From a virus (taxonomy: Duplodnaviria > Caudoviricetes): a DNA stretch of 58,943 nucleotides. Position 1 is the first letter of the stretch, and each line of letters starts with the position of its first letter. Below are positions 1 to 8,796 of the stretch, one piece after another. The stretch lies in the IMG/VR virus record IMGVR_UViG_3300003887_000023, positions 1 to 58,943 of that record; one strand, given 5' to 3'. Position numbers and translations under genes: made by a program. Below the pieces are notes generated by a model. That model worked only from the letters and a program-made list of their open reading frames with translations, was not told the origin of the DNA and ran no database searches.

Positions 1-160
1 GATGGGGGGTGATGTGGTCGCACACGAGCTTGCTGGTGTCGCCTTCGAGGCGACCACATCCCGGCCGCCGGCATGTGTAGAGGTCCCGAAGGAAGACCTT
101 GAGGCGCAGCGCACGCCAGCGTGCAGTCTTGTACCAAGCCTTCCAGGGCGGATCAGCCAT
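1..160 (-). CDS. Terminase-associated HNH endonuclease (HK97 gp74-like), 5' part, runs off window
   Basis: Not in the ORF track. Manual translation from ATG at 160 gives MADPPWKAWYKTARWRALRLKVFLRDLYTCRRPGCGRLEGDTSKLVCDHITPH (RD-x3-C, CxxxC, DHI motifs). Its position upstream of terS on the circular map fits. Confidence 0.9.
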   Translation of the reverse strand, partial: MADPPWKAWYKTARWRALRLKVFLRDLYTCRRPGCGRLEGDTSKLVCDHITPH

Positions 161-171
161 CCTACCCTATG

Positions 172-205
172 AACGAAAGAGGCGGCGCCGTTGCCAGCGC
201 CGCCT
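172..205 (-). terminator. Intrinsic terminator (third downstream of nusG-like gene)
   Basis: Minus strand AGGCGGCGC-tggcaacg-GCGCCGCCT followed by CTTTCGTT. Confidence 0.65.
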
Positions 206-284
206 AAGTCCAGGGAGGAAACTCATGCGGTGTTCGACACAAGGAGGACACGCCAACAGATTTCAGACGTGCCTCAACCTATAG

Positions 285-320
285 AATCAAAACGGCCCGG
301 GCTTGCGAGGCGCCGGGCCG
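285..320 (-). terminator. Intrinsic terminator (second)
   Basis: Minus strand CGGCCCGG...CCGGGCCG followed by TTTTGATT. Confidence 0.7.
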
Positions 321-452
321 CTACTCAGTACTGATCAAAGATCGTGCGCTCGCCAGCGTGACGGTTCACATGGTCGCCATCCGATCGGTTGGAACTGAGG
401 CCTTTGCCAGCCCGGCATGGTCGGGCCGCACGCCACTGCTACCCTATGTCTA

Positions 453-485
453 TAAAAGCGAAAGCCCGGCGCGAGGGCCGGGCTT
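453..485 (-). terminator. Intrinsic terminator (first)
   Basis: Minus strand AAGCCCGGC-cctcgc-GCCGGGCTT followed by TCGCTTTTA. Confidence 0.75.
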
Positions 486-568
486 GGATGCGTCCGCAGT
501 AGCGATGACTCGATTTTCTGAGTCAGGGCGCTACAGGTTCCGCAATGAGACTCTTTCTGCTGATTCGT

Positions 569-1324
569 TCAAGTCTCTTCGACATCCTGTGCCCGATCTA
601 TTTCGAACGCGGACATCTCCGTACTGACGATCCTGCCGAAGGCGCTGATCATGACATCGACCCGGGCGTGAGCATCAGGGGCGCTTTCAAGCTGGGCATA
701 GAAGCCGGCAAACGGCCCGTGCTTGATCCTTACACGGTCACCTTCGGTAAAGTGCCAAACGATCTTGAGCTTTTTCCCGGCAGCGATCACTTCCTGTGCG
801 GCCTTGAGGCTGGCCTGATAGGCGGCTTCGTCATCCTCACGTTTGATGCGCGCCAACTCCCTTTCCTGCTGCACTGTTTCGAATAGCCTGATGGCTTCGA
901 TTGCCTTTTCTGGGACCGCCACAGGTTTGCCGCCGATATCGGCGAGCACCCGATGAACACCCCGCGAGCATGTGACCCGATGCCAATGGTCAGCGACAGG
1001 TTCGCATTTGACAAACAGGTAGGTCGGGATGATCGGACGGTCGACGGTGCGCACCTGGCCGCGGCCGTGCCGCTCGCGCCGCGGCTCCATCGGCAAATAG
1101 GTGATCAGGCCTTGGCCGGCGATCTCTTCCTTGGCGAGGACTTCGTGTCTTGGTTCGGTCGCAACCGCAAACCACTTGCCAGTGATGAGGCTGACGACGT
1201 CCGGCTTGCTGACGAGACCACTGAGATCGCCAGCGATCGGCTGCAGGTACTTCGCCGGCCATTCCGAGCGTGGAACGATCCGGCCCTTGAGATTGTCCGA
1301 CTTGGTCGCCTCCGACGTCATCAC
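569..1324 (-). CDS. NusG/RfaH-family transcription antiterminator (Q-equivalent position)
   Basis: NGN domain (WFAVATEPRHE...YLPM...RPIIPTYLFV) and KOW motif (FTEGDRVRIKHGPFAGF). Confidence 0.9.
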   Translation of the reverse strand: MMTSEATKSDNLKGRIVPRSEWPAKYLQPIAGDLSGLVSKPDVVSLITGKWFAVATEPRHEVLAKEEIAGQGLITYLPMEPRRERHGRGQVRTVDRPIIPTYLFVKCEPVADHWHRVTCSRGVHRVLADIGGKPVAVPEKAIEAIRLFETVQQERELARIKREDDEAAYQASLKAAQEVIAAGKKLKIVWHFTEGDRVRIKHGPFAGFYAQLESAPDAHARVDVMISAFGRIVSTEMSAFEIDRAQDVEET

Positions 1325-1373
1325 GTTCCCGCCTCCTGTTTTCGTTCACTCGCATGTCCGCCCGATCACGCTT

Positions 1374-2687
1374 TCACTCGGCTGCCTGTTGGTTGGGTGG
1401 GCCGGTCGTCTCTGCTCGATCGCCCTTCGATGGCGGCCACCCGCATGGGAACAGCCCGCCACGTTCGAATTCGGCAAGACGGATGATCCGGCCTTCCCGA
1501 TCGCGTTCTTCCGGGCTAATCAGTCGCAGCCGGCGAGGCTTCGGCATCGACACTCGGCATTCGGCGAGACGTTCGCGCCACGCATGCCAGCGCCTCGAAT
1601 TCTCCACCACGGGCATCCACGGGCCGATTTGATCGAACAACGGCGCCAGCGCCAGCAGCCCGCGCGGCGGTTCCCATCGCAGCACCTCGTCACGCAAGGC
1701 GCCGGCTACCGACATAAGCTGTTCGGGGCCACGAGAAATCGCGCGAGCCATGGCAAGGGCTTTTGAAAGCGGCCCGCCGGCAGGTGCCGGGAACTCCTGC
1801 GGCGGCGGCTTCGGCATCGTGGCGCGGCCCTTGTCGACGAACCCAGGCCACTTGCCGTCGCGAATGAACCGATGCGCATCCATCGCCCGACGATCCTGCT
1901 CACGCACGAACGCCCGGTAGCCGAACGCAGCGATGATGACCTGCTCGCGTTCGTCCGGCGTCATCGCCGCCAGTAGTTGGCGGACGAGCGGCAGGTTCGT
2001 GATCGGGATCGGATAGGCTTCGCCGAACCGGTTGATGGCGTGCTGGACGGCGAGATCGTTTTCTTCCCTCGCAAGTCCTGCGGACTCGCATTCCGGCGAA
2101 AGGGGGCTTTGGGGGTTCTGATTCAAGTAGGTTTTAGAGTTACTATTCAAGGGGTGACTCCCAGGTGATACCCCGGGGGTCTCACAGCCTTGCAACCCCG
2201 GGGGTTCCAAATTGGCACCCGGGGGGAGGGTTGCAGATTGACACCCCTCATCGGAATCCGGGCGGTCGTCACCCTCGCCGCTGTCTGCGTCGTCATCACC
2301 TTTCTGGCGCGGCTTATCCCAGCCGAGCGCGCTGATCTTGGCCCGCACGTCGTCTGCAGTGAGGCGAAGATTCAGCCGCAACAGATCACTGGTCTGCCTG
2401 CATTCCAAAGGCCGATCCTCGGGCTTTACGCTGGCCTGGGTGACGACAACCTGCCCGTCCGGGCTGGACCAGCGCGCGAACCGAGTAAGCGCCCCGAGCT
2501 GCTCAAGCTCGCGAATGCGCCGGCGCACGGTCGCCACTGATTGCAGCGTGTCCGCCGCCAGCCGTGCCAGCTTCGGAAAGCAACAATCCTCGGTGTCCGC
2601 GTAGCTGCCGATCATCATCAGCGTGAATTTCGCTGATCCTGAATGCAGCGGCAGGCTGCGGGCCCATTCTGTGGCTTGAAAACTCAC
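1374..2687 (-). CDS. Phage replication initiator with N-terminal HTH
   Basis: MSFQATEWA...KFTLMMIGSYAD...CFPKLARLAADTLQSVATVRRRIRELEQLG, an HTH_36-like N-terminus; internal repeats. Confidence 0.8.
   Translation of the reverse strand: MSFQATEWARSLPLHSGSAKFTLMMIGSYADTEDCCFPKLARLAADTLQSVATVRRRIRELEQLGALTRFARWSSPDGQVVVTQASVKPEDRPLECRQTSDLLRLNLRLTADDVRAKISALGWDKPRQKGDDDADSGEGDDRPDSDEGCQSATLPPGANLEPPGLQGCETPGVSPGSHPLNSNSKTYLNQNPQSPLSPECESAGLAREENDLAVQHAINRFGEAYPIPITNLPLVRQLLAAMTPDEREQVIIAAFGYRAFVREQDRRAMDAHRFIRDGKWPGFVDKGRATMPKPPPQEFPAPAGGPLSKALAMARAISRGPEQLMSVAGALRDEVLRWEPPRGLLALAPLFDQIGPWMPVVENSRRWHAWRERLAECRVSMPKPRRLRLISPEERDREGRIIRLAEFERGGLFPCGWPPSKGDRAETTGPPNQQAAE
2120..2247. repeat. Probable replication origin: iteron-like repeats plus AT-rich stretch inside the initiator gene
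   Basis: Minus-strand units GGGTGTCAATCTGCAACCC, GGGTGCCAATTTGGAACCC, GGGGTTGCAAGGCTGTGAGACCCC, GGGGTATCACCTGGGAGTCACCCC followed by TTGAATAGTAACTCTAAAACC; lambda-O-like arrangement. Confidence 0.6.
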
Positions 2688-2742
2688 GACGTCACGATCT
2701 CAGTCTTTTCGGGTTTCTGTTGTTGGTTCACGCGACGCGACA

Positions 2743-2931
2743 TCACTTTTCCGCCTCGGCTTTTGCCGCCTCACGCGCCGCAATATCGGCGACCGCACGC
2801 CACATGATGGCCTGGAATTCAGCGGGCCAACGATCGACGACCATTCGTCGATTGAGCGGGTCGAGGGTTTCGCGGGCTCGCTGCTCGATCATGGAGGCGA
2901 GGCGTTGTGCCCTGTCGGTTGCTTCGCTCAT
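2743..2931 (-). CDS. Hypothetical protein
   Basis: MSEATDRAQRLASM...; ATGA coupling with upstream gene. Confidence 0.6.
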   Translation of the reverse strand: MSEATDRAQRLASMIEQRARETLDPLNRRMVVDRWPAEFQAIMWRAVADIAAREAAKAEAEK

Positions 2932-3200
2932 TCCGGCAGCCCTTCCTTTATCCCCATACACGGCGGGGTCAGATTCCAAACACCCCAGACCCCATTGGGA
3001 GCGATCCAGGCTCGATATGGGAGGCCCTGAGGCGGATGCACCGTCACCTTGACTGTCGCGCAATGGAGGCATCTGCGGTGCGTCTCTTCGCATCCTGAAT
3101 AGGTGTTCTCGATCACAGTCACAGGATATGACCAGCGATGCTTGATCTTGACGGGAAGTGTCGAGACTTCGGCGGCTGGTGTGGTGGCGGCGTCGGTCAT
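2928..3200 (-). CDS. Hypothetical protein (CxxC)
   Basis: MTDAATT...RRCLHC; ATGA overlaps at both ends. Confidence 0.6.
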   Translation of the reverse strand: MTDAATTPAAEVSTLPVKIKHRWSYPVTVIENTYSGCEETHRRCLHCATVKVTVHPPQGLPYRAWIAPNGVWGVWNLTPPCMGIKEGLPE

Positions 3201-3301
3201 GCGAGCACCACCCATCCAGCCGAAAACAAAGCAAGCCCGCACAAGGCAAGAAAGAACCACGCGGCAATGACTTCGGATTCGTCTTTGCTGCGCTCGCTCA
3301 T
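3197..3301 (-). CDS. Small single-TM protein (34 aa)
   Basis: Manual: MSERSKDESEVIAAWFFLALCGLALFSAGWVVLA; ATGA-coupled on both sides. Confidence 0.6.
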   Translation of the reverse strand: MSERSKDESEVIAAWFFLALCGLALFSAGWVVLA

Positions 3302-3540
3302 GCCGTCCTCACCTCTTCACGGACGGCCGCGGAAGCCGGACGGCGATGCAGATCATCGAAGCTGTAGGCGAAGCCGCACCACACCCGAAGCGGCCCATAG
3401 CGCCCGCACATACCGTCACGCGGCAGCCATCGCCATCCCCAATCGGTGATGTCGAGAATGACTTTCATCTCAATCCCGACGATGCGGGCGCCGTTGTATC
3501 GGCCTCGGGGCCATTGGAGACGGCGGTGGAGCGGGGTCAT
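3298..3540 (-). CDS. Hypothetical protein
   Basis: MTPLHRRLQWPRGRYNG...; coupled. Confidence 0.6.
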   Translation of the reverse strand: MTPLHRRLQWPRGRYNGARIVGIEMKVILDITDWGWRWLPRDGMCGRYGPLRVWCGFAYSFDDLHRRPASAAVREEVRTA

Positions 3541-3662
3541 GGGCGAAGCACCATCGCAACAAGGCATCCGAGCGAGAATCCCGCAACACACGTGAGCACA
3601 AAGACTTGCAATCGTAGGCCGTTTATCTGCGTAATCAGCCTTTCGACTTGCTGTTCTGTCAT
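3537..3662 (-). CDS. Small single-TM protein (41 aa)
   Basis: Manual: MTEQQVERLITQINGLRLQVFVLTCVAGFSLGCLVAMVLRP; ATGA-coupled. Confidence 0.6.
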   Translation of the reverse strand: MTEQQVERLITQINGLRLQVFVLTCVAGFSLGCLVAMVLRP

Positions 3663-4027
3663 CCCGCCAGCGCCTCCCGCGCGATGTGGTCGGGGTTTGC
3701 GATGCCTTCAGGCGTCGGCCAAGCGGCAAGGAATGCGACCATGTCCGCTTCGTCAGCGAAGCCAAACCATGCCCATCCGTGAATGATTGCGTTTCCGCGA
3801 TGCCAGCGCCCGACGCGGCCATGAATCGGCGAGCATTCCTCGCCGAGGTGTTCGAAGCACCACGCGATCATGTCGCGCTCGCGCTTATATGGATCGCTGC
3901 CGACGTAGGCATCGACCATCCACGGGGTCGGCGTCCAGACCTCTCGCATGAGATCGCCGCGATCGATGTCGCCGTAATCGAAGGCAATCGTGCGTTGATA
4001 AAGATCGGTGCCAACTTGCTCGCTCAC
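3659..4027 (-). CDS. Hypothetical protein
   Basis: GTG start overlapping upstream stop; W-rich phage-like ORF. Confidence 0.65.
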   Translation of the reverse strand: MSEQVGTDLYQRTIAFDYGDIDRGDLMREVWTPTPWMVDAYVGSDPYKRERDMIAWCFEHLGEECSPIHGRVGRWHRGNAIIHGWAWFGFADEADMVAFLAAWPTPEGIANPDHIAREALAG

Positions 4028-4299
4028 CCCCGCCTCCCCTTCCCGAGATTCTTTAGGTTGCGAGCCTGACGCCGCGCCCGCTTGGCTTCCGCTGCCGCAA
4101 TCCGTTCTTGGGCACGCCGCTCCTGTTCGAGCCGCCACGCCTCGCGCGCGGCGGTGAGACGCTCGATCCGCTCGCGGTCGTTCTCTTGCGCGCGCCGCGC
4201 CACCATTGGCATTGGCGCCGGTGTCGCGGCCGACATCGCTGCTATGGCAGCGGCCATCATCCCGAGACTAGCGCCAGCCATAACCGTCGGCCGTCTCAT
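4024..4299 (-). CDS. Hypothetical coiled-coil protein
   Basis: C-terminal ERIAAAEAKRARRQARN; coupled. Confidence 0.6.
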   Translation of the reverse strand: MRRPTVMAGASLGMMAAAIAAMSAATPAPMPMVARRAQENDRERIERLTAAREAWRLEQERRAQERIAAAEAKRARRQARNLKNLGKGRRG

Positions 4300-4529
4300 T
4301 GCCCTCGCCTCCCCTTCATCTTCGCCATCCGCGCATATCGACTGACCTTCATCAGATTCAGCGCAGCGAGAATCCTGGATCCTGGTGTGCAATTGCCCTT
4401 GAGAGTGTCGGTGACGTAATCGCATTCCAGAGTATGAGCGGATGCGAATTGCTCCGGTCCTCCTGCTTTGATGCAGGCGCGACGGAGGGCTTTACGGACA
4501 CCTGTTTCGTCGAGGGTGCGGATGGTCAT
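4296..4529 (-). CDS. Small HTH-like protein
   Basis: LRRACIKAGGPEQFASAH...YVTDTLKG...PGSRILAALNL. Confidence 0.55.
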   Translation of the reverse strand: MTIRTLDETGVRKALRRACIKAGGPEQFASAHTLECDYVTDTLKGNCTPGSRILAALNLMKVSRYARMAKMKGRRGQ

Positions 4530-4533
4530 GGGG

Positions 4534-5283
4534 TCAGGCCTCCGCATGCGCGAACAGTGCGCCGCCAGCAATGCGGACACGGGCGATCTCGGCAAACTCG
4601 GGATTGCCCTCGATCAGCGTACAGTCGATGCCGTGTCTTTTGGCGACGACTCCCGTCGTGCCAGATCCCGCAAACGGGTCCAAGCATACCCCCCCCTGGG
4701 GACACGCATAGAGTAACAGCGGCTCGACGATATCGATCGGTTTTTGCGTCGGGTGTTCGGCGCGGCCGTGTTCCGAGCGAGCGAATATCACGCTGCGCAT
4801 CAGGCGAGGGCCGCCGTCCTCGGATTGATAGACAGTGTCGCCAGTGCTTCCGTGCCAGTGCGCGGGCTTGGCTTTTTTCCGGACCGTGCGAGCCGTAGCA
4901 TCGTTTGTGAACTGCGGCGCCTTGTAGACGTCCGACCACTTCGCATCGGCGCGATAGAAGTGTAGCGCCAGTTCATGCACGCGTCGGAAACGATCGTTGA
5001 GGAATCCGCTGCCGTTATGCTTTTCCCACACCACATCCTGCGACTGAGACCAGCCCTGGAAATCATCGGCATGCTCGAGGAACATCCGAGTTGAGCCGAA
5101 GCACCACATCGAGCCTGTCTTTTTGAGAACACGCCGCACCAGCGCCGGCCATCCCGCGACCCATCGATCCCATGCGAGAGACGTTTCGCCATAAGGCGGA
5201 TCGGTCAGCACGCAATCAACCGAGTTCGGCTCCATGGCGGAAAGCACATCCCTACAGTCGCCAGTGATGATGCGGATGGTCAC
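4534..5283 (-). CDS. DNA N6-adenine/N4-cytosine methyltransferase (beta class)
   Basis: GDC...DPPY, HPTQKP, LDPFAGSGTT motifs. Confidence 0.95.
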   Translation of the reverse strand: MTIRIITGDCRDVLSAMEPNSVDCVLTDPPYGETSLAWDRWVAGWPALVRRVLKKTGSMWCFGSTRMFLEHADDFQGWSQSQDVVWEKHNGSGFLNDRFRRVHELALHFYRADAKWSDVYKAPQFTNDATARTVRKKAKPAHWHGSTGDTVYQSEDGGPRLMRSVIFARSEHGRAEHPTQKPIDIVEPLLLYACPQGGVCLDPFAGSGTTGVVAKRHGIDCTLIEGNPEFAEIARVRIAGGALFAHAEA

Positions 5284-5711
5284 GTGATCGACCCTCCGAG
5301 CGCCGGTGTCTGCGGATCGGTGCGTCGCGCCATCGTCAGCGTGTCGGGGTTGAGATCGAAGATCGGCTTGGCCGCGATGGCGAAGAAATCGACTTCGTGC
5401 GCGATGCCTTTCGATTCCCGCCAGCCATCCATGTGCGCAACGATCAGAACGTTGGCGACATCCATCATGGCTTCGTCGAAGGATAACCAGACGTCATGCG
5501 CAAGCGGATCGATGCCGCCATAAATCGCTAGGGGATGCGTGTGAGCGATCGGGCTGTAGACCTTGACGCCGGCCTGCATGAGGCGCGCGGCAAGCGCAGC
5601 GGCATCCTCGAATGCCTTCGCGATGCCGGGCGTGTACTTGCTGTACGGCGTCGCCAGATAGCAGAGAGGCGACTTTCCGTTGGCGAGGGTGAGGATGGTA
5701 CGGGCGCTCAT
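5280..5711 (-). CDS. DUF1937-like protein (nucleoside deoxyribosyltransferase-like fold)
   Basis: YLATPYS...VYSPIAHTH...W...D...GWRESKGIAHE. Confidence 0.8.
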   Translation of the reverse strand: MSARTILTLANGKSPLCYLATPYSKYTPGIAKAFEDAAALAARLMQAGVKVYSPIAHTHPLAIYGGIDPLAHDVWLSFDEAMMDVANVLIVAHMDGWRESKGIAHEVDFFAIAAKPIFDLNPDTLTMARRTDPQTPALGGSIT

Positions 5712-6052
5712 TCCGCCGCTTCCTTCTTTGCTGCGAGCATCGAATGCCATCCCCGAAGATGGGTCCGCTTGTTGCCCATGCGCGCGAGAATGCGAAGCTC
5801 ATCAAGGCCGAAGCGGTCGATCGCCATCGTGATGGTGGCGTAGACGTCAGCGATCTCGTCTTCGAGCCATTCGCGATTGGGTTTGCCGGTGATCGGCTCG
5901 CTGGCGTCGATGCCTTGAATCAGGCAGCGCGAAACGGCGCATCCCAACTCGTTCACTTCCTCGGCGAGCTTGCCGAGATGCGCGACGTCGATCGGTTCCG
6001 ACATGGGCTGCCATGGGTTGAGCACCCATGACGTTGCCGCATTATTTACCAT
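5708..6052 (-). CDS. MazG-like all-alpha NTP pyrophosphohydrolase
   Basis: KLAEEVNEL...LEDEIADV (EExxE / EIAD). Confidence 0.75.
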   Translation of the reverse strand: MVNNAATSWVLNPWQPMSEPIDVAHLGKLAEEVNELGCAVSRCLIQGIDASEPITGKPNREWLEDEIADVYATITMAIDRFGLDELRILARMGNKRTHLRGWHSMLAAKKEAAE

Positions 6053-6309
6053 CCCCGCTTCCTCCATCCGACGACACGCGGCGAAATCACCGCGCCCGTG
6101 CGTGAGTTCACCCAGCCTTGATCTGTGAGACGACAAGGGAACGGTACGGGGCGCGAGCCGAAAGCGTCCTTGCCGAGGACTTCAAGGTCGACGTCGCGCG
6201 GCGCCGACGCCGGATCGTGAAACACCTTCGCGCCCGGTTCGATCGTCCGCTTTGTCCGTCTCATAATCCGCTGCAGTTTGATGTTGCAATCGAGGGATGG
6301 GGACGTCAT
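6046..6309 (-). CDS. Hypothetical protein
   Basis: Coupled ORF in operon. Confidence 0.55.
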   Translation of the reverse strand: MTSPSLDCNIKLQRIMRRTKRTIEPGAKVFHDPASAPRDVDLEVLGKDAFGSRPVPFPCRLTDQGWVNSRTGAVISPRVVGWRKRGW

Positions 6310-6569
6310 GGCGTCGACACCCCTTCGATATTGGTGATGGGCCCGGGCGCGACATGCCCATAAGCGATCAATGCCGCGTGCAATTTCGACCGCGCATTGA
6401 GCTTGAGATTGATGCGGGCGATATAGACTTCGATGGTACGGCCACTGATGCCGAGATGTTCACCGATCTCCTGATTGGTGAGGGCCTGGCATGCGAGCGA
6501 CAGAACCTCCCGCTCACGAGGAGATAGCGAGCACAGATCGGGAGTCCGTTCGAAGTCGATCGGGGTCAT
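6306..6569 (-). CDS. Stand-alone LuxR/GerE-type HTH regulator
   Basis: LSPREREVLSL...TNQEIGEHLGISGRTIEVYIARINLKL. Confidence 0.9.
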   Translation of the reverse strand: MTPIDFERTPDLCSLSPREREVLSLACQALTNQEIGEHLGISGRTIEVYIARINLKLNARSKLHAALIAYGHVAPGPITNIEGVSTP

Positions 6570-7855
6570 GATACGCGCCTCAGATCATCGGGGATGTCGA
6601 GAACATCTTCGGTCGGATTTGGATCAAGGCCATCGGAGTGATCGCCGATCGGATCATCGGTCACCGGGGCGTCGGGGGAAGGTCCGGGATCGAGGATTTC
6701 GCCGGTCGCGGGGTCAATGTCCGACACCTCGCCATCGGCGCCGATCGCCGGCATGACGAACGGGATTTCATTGCCCCAGGTCACCCATCCGTCGCGCGGG
6801 CGGCGGGCATAGATTTCGAGGTACGGACCGCCAACCAGGCGCATGATCCGATCGTGGATTTCGTCGGGCTTGCGCGAGTGTTCCATGATCGGCGCCACGA
6901 CGAGCTGGCGTACGTCGGCGTTGATGCGCTTCGGCGATCCGCGCGTGCCCAGCCAACAGTCTTCCGGGTTGGCGCGGGTCCAGTAGCCTTGCCCGATCGC
7001 AAAATCTCGGTCGGAAATCACGCCATCGAACCGAGGCTCGCCGGTGTGCGTTTCGGTCAACTTCGCCCACGTGAACGCCGTCGTCTTATGGGCGAATCCC
7101 CAAGCCTCGATCACCTCCAAGGCCTTGGCTGGGCACCAATCGACCATCCACATGAACAGGACGCAGTCGTTGGCGGCCAGTTCCTTGATCGGCAACGCCT
7201 TGATGGCGTCGAATTCTGCCGTCCGATCGGTCGTGTAGTGTTCCGATGCCGAGCGGCCCTCGCCCTTGTCCGATCGCGCCATGAAGTGCCACGGCGGATC
7301 GGCGAGGATGGCGCTGGCCTTGTAGCCGGCCGCGATCAGGGAATGCAGGTCATCAACCTTGCATCCCTCATAGGTGCGGGCGGCATGGTCGGCCTTACGC
7401 TGGGCGTCCCGTGCTTCCTTCTCGGCTTCCGCGACCGGATTGAGGGTGATGGCGTTGGCGCTGGCAATCCTGTCGCGCTGGCGCTCAACCATCGCCTCGA
7501 ATGCTTGTTCGGACAGAGAGGCGGCTTTCTTTGTCTTTGATGACGTCTTGTAGTCGACTCCGATCTCTTCAAGAGTGGCTGGCGGAAAACCTTCCGGGTT
7601 GGTAGGTTTTTCCGACGAAGGCCGGCCACGCTTTTGGAGCGCGCCGGCATCTTCGGCGGCAATCAGCAGTTCGCCCAGCCGCCGTTCCGCCCGCATCTGA
7701 ATTTCGGTCGCATCCGCCATCAGTGCCCGGTCCTTGACCTGACGGGCGTACAGTTTGACGTGTTCCATCTCATCGCGGATGCGGATCGTCTCATCGACGC
7801 GGGTAGCGGCGGCAAGCGCGGCACGGGCGGCGGTGTATTGCGTAAGCGCAGTCAA
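6566..7855 (-). CDS. MT-A70 family adenine methyltransferase with N-terminal helical/HTH domain
   Basis: ILADPPW, LFMW, WGF...FTWAK, GYWTRANPE, HSRKP, LEIYAR, WGNE. TTG start at 7855 overlaps the AAA stop (TTGA). Confidence 0.9.
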   Translation of the reverse strand: MTALTQYTAARAALAAATRVDETIRIRDEMEHVKLYARQVKDRALMADATEIQMRAERRLGELLIAAEDAGALQKRGRPSSEKPTNPEGFPPATLEEIGVDYKTSSKTKKAASLSEQAFEAMVERQRDRIASANAITLNPVAEAEKEARDAQRKADHAARTYEGCKVDDLHSLIAAGYKASAILADPPWHFMARSDKGEGRSASEHYTTDRTAEFDAIKALPIKELAANDCVLFMWMVDWCPAKALEVIEAWGFAHKTTAFTWAKLTETHTGEPRFDGVISDRDFAIGQGYWTRANPEDCWLGTRGSPKRINADVRQLVVAPIMEHSRKPDEIHDRIMRLVGGPYLEIYARRPRDGWVTWGNEIPFVMPAIGADGEVSDIDPATGEILDPGPSPDAPVTDDPIGDHSDGLDPNPTEDVLDIPDDLRRVS

Positions 7856-8796
7856 CGTCGCGCCTCCCCAAGTTTGACGACGTTGCCGGAAACCGGCGGC
7901 GCATCGATCGCGTCGCTGCCGAGATCGTCCGCGCGCGGCAGTGGCCATGGCATCACGGCGACCGCATGGTCTTTAGTTCCCAGAGTCCACAGTCGCGGGT
8001 TTCCGCAGTCCGGATGAGGATGAACGGACGCAATCAGCCGTCCGACGACGGCGTGCTTGCCCATGTCCCAACCGCATTTCGGACCGACGACCGTCTGGCG
8101 CTTCAAGTTCTCGCACCACGCGCGGATCAGTGCCGGCGTCGCCGTTTCGAATGCTTCCGCAAGGTGACGAAGCGGATCGCGCGGCAGGCCGAAAGGCGCG
8201 AGATAGCGTGCCAGGATGCGCTCACGTTCGAATTGCCCCGGCAGTTCCACGTTGATGTGAATGTCGAAACGACGCCACACCGACTCATCGACAGCATCGG
8301 CCCGATTTGTCGCGGCGATGATGAACCCGGCGTAAGCATCGAGCCGCGCCAGCAATGTATTGATCATTGCGTTGTGGTTGTGTTCCAGGCCGGGATTGAC
8401 GCCGGAATGCATACGCTTTTGCGCCAGCGTGTCGAACTCGTCAAAGAACAACACGACGGGCGTGTCGAAGGATTCCGCCGCATCGAAGATGCGTTTGACG
8501 TTGGCGGTGCCGGTTCCGATGTAGCGGCCGTGGATGTCATCCGGACGCACGATCGCCATCGGCAGGCCGAGCCGAGCCGCCAAATGATGCGCCAACGTCG
8601 TCTTGCCGGTGCCGGCCGGGCCCGAGAACAGCGCCCGCTTGCGCGGCGCAACGCCTAGTTCCGCAAGCGCGACCTCTGACCAGATTTCTTCTAGCCATTC
8701 CAGCAGCGCGGCGCGGACAGGCTTCGCCAAGATAGGCTCTGCCGCCTCATCAGGCTGGACGACCTGTGCGAACTTGGCGAATTCCTCGGACATCAA
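7852..8796 (-). CDS. AAA+ ATPase
   Basis: Walker A GPAGTGKT, Walker B LFFDEFD, sensor ATNR, Arg finger RRFD. Confidence 0.92.
   Translation of the reverse strand: MMSEEFAKFAQVVQPDEAAEPILAKPVRAALLEWLEEIWSEVALAELGVAPRKRALFSGPAGTGKTTLAHHLAARLGLPMAIVRPDDIHGRYIGTGTANVKRIFDAAESFDTPVVLFFDEFDTLAQKRMHSGVNPGLEHNHNAMINTLLARLDAYAGFIIAATNRADAVDESVWRRFDIHINVELPGQFERERILARYLAPFGLPRDPLRHLAEAFETATPALIRAWCENLKRQTVVGPKCGWDMGKHAVVGRLIASVHPHPDCGNPRLWTLGTKDHAVAVMPWPLPRADDLGSDAIDAPPVSGNVVKLGEARR

Noticed and set aside
7856-7948. Longer N-terminus for MT-A70
   Set aside because: Lies within the AAA gene. The TTGA overlap at 7852-7855 with upstream GGAGG is the better start.
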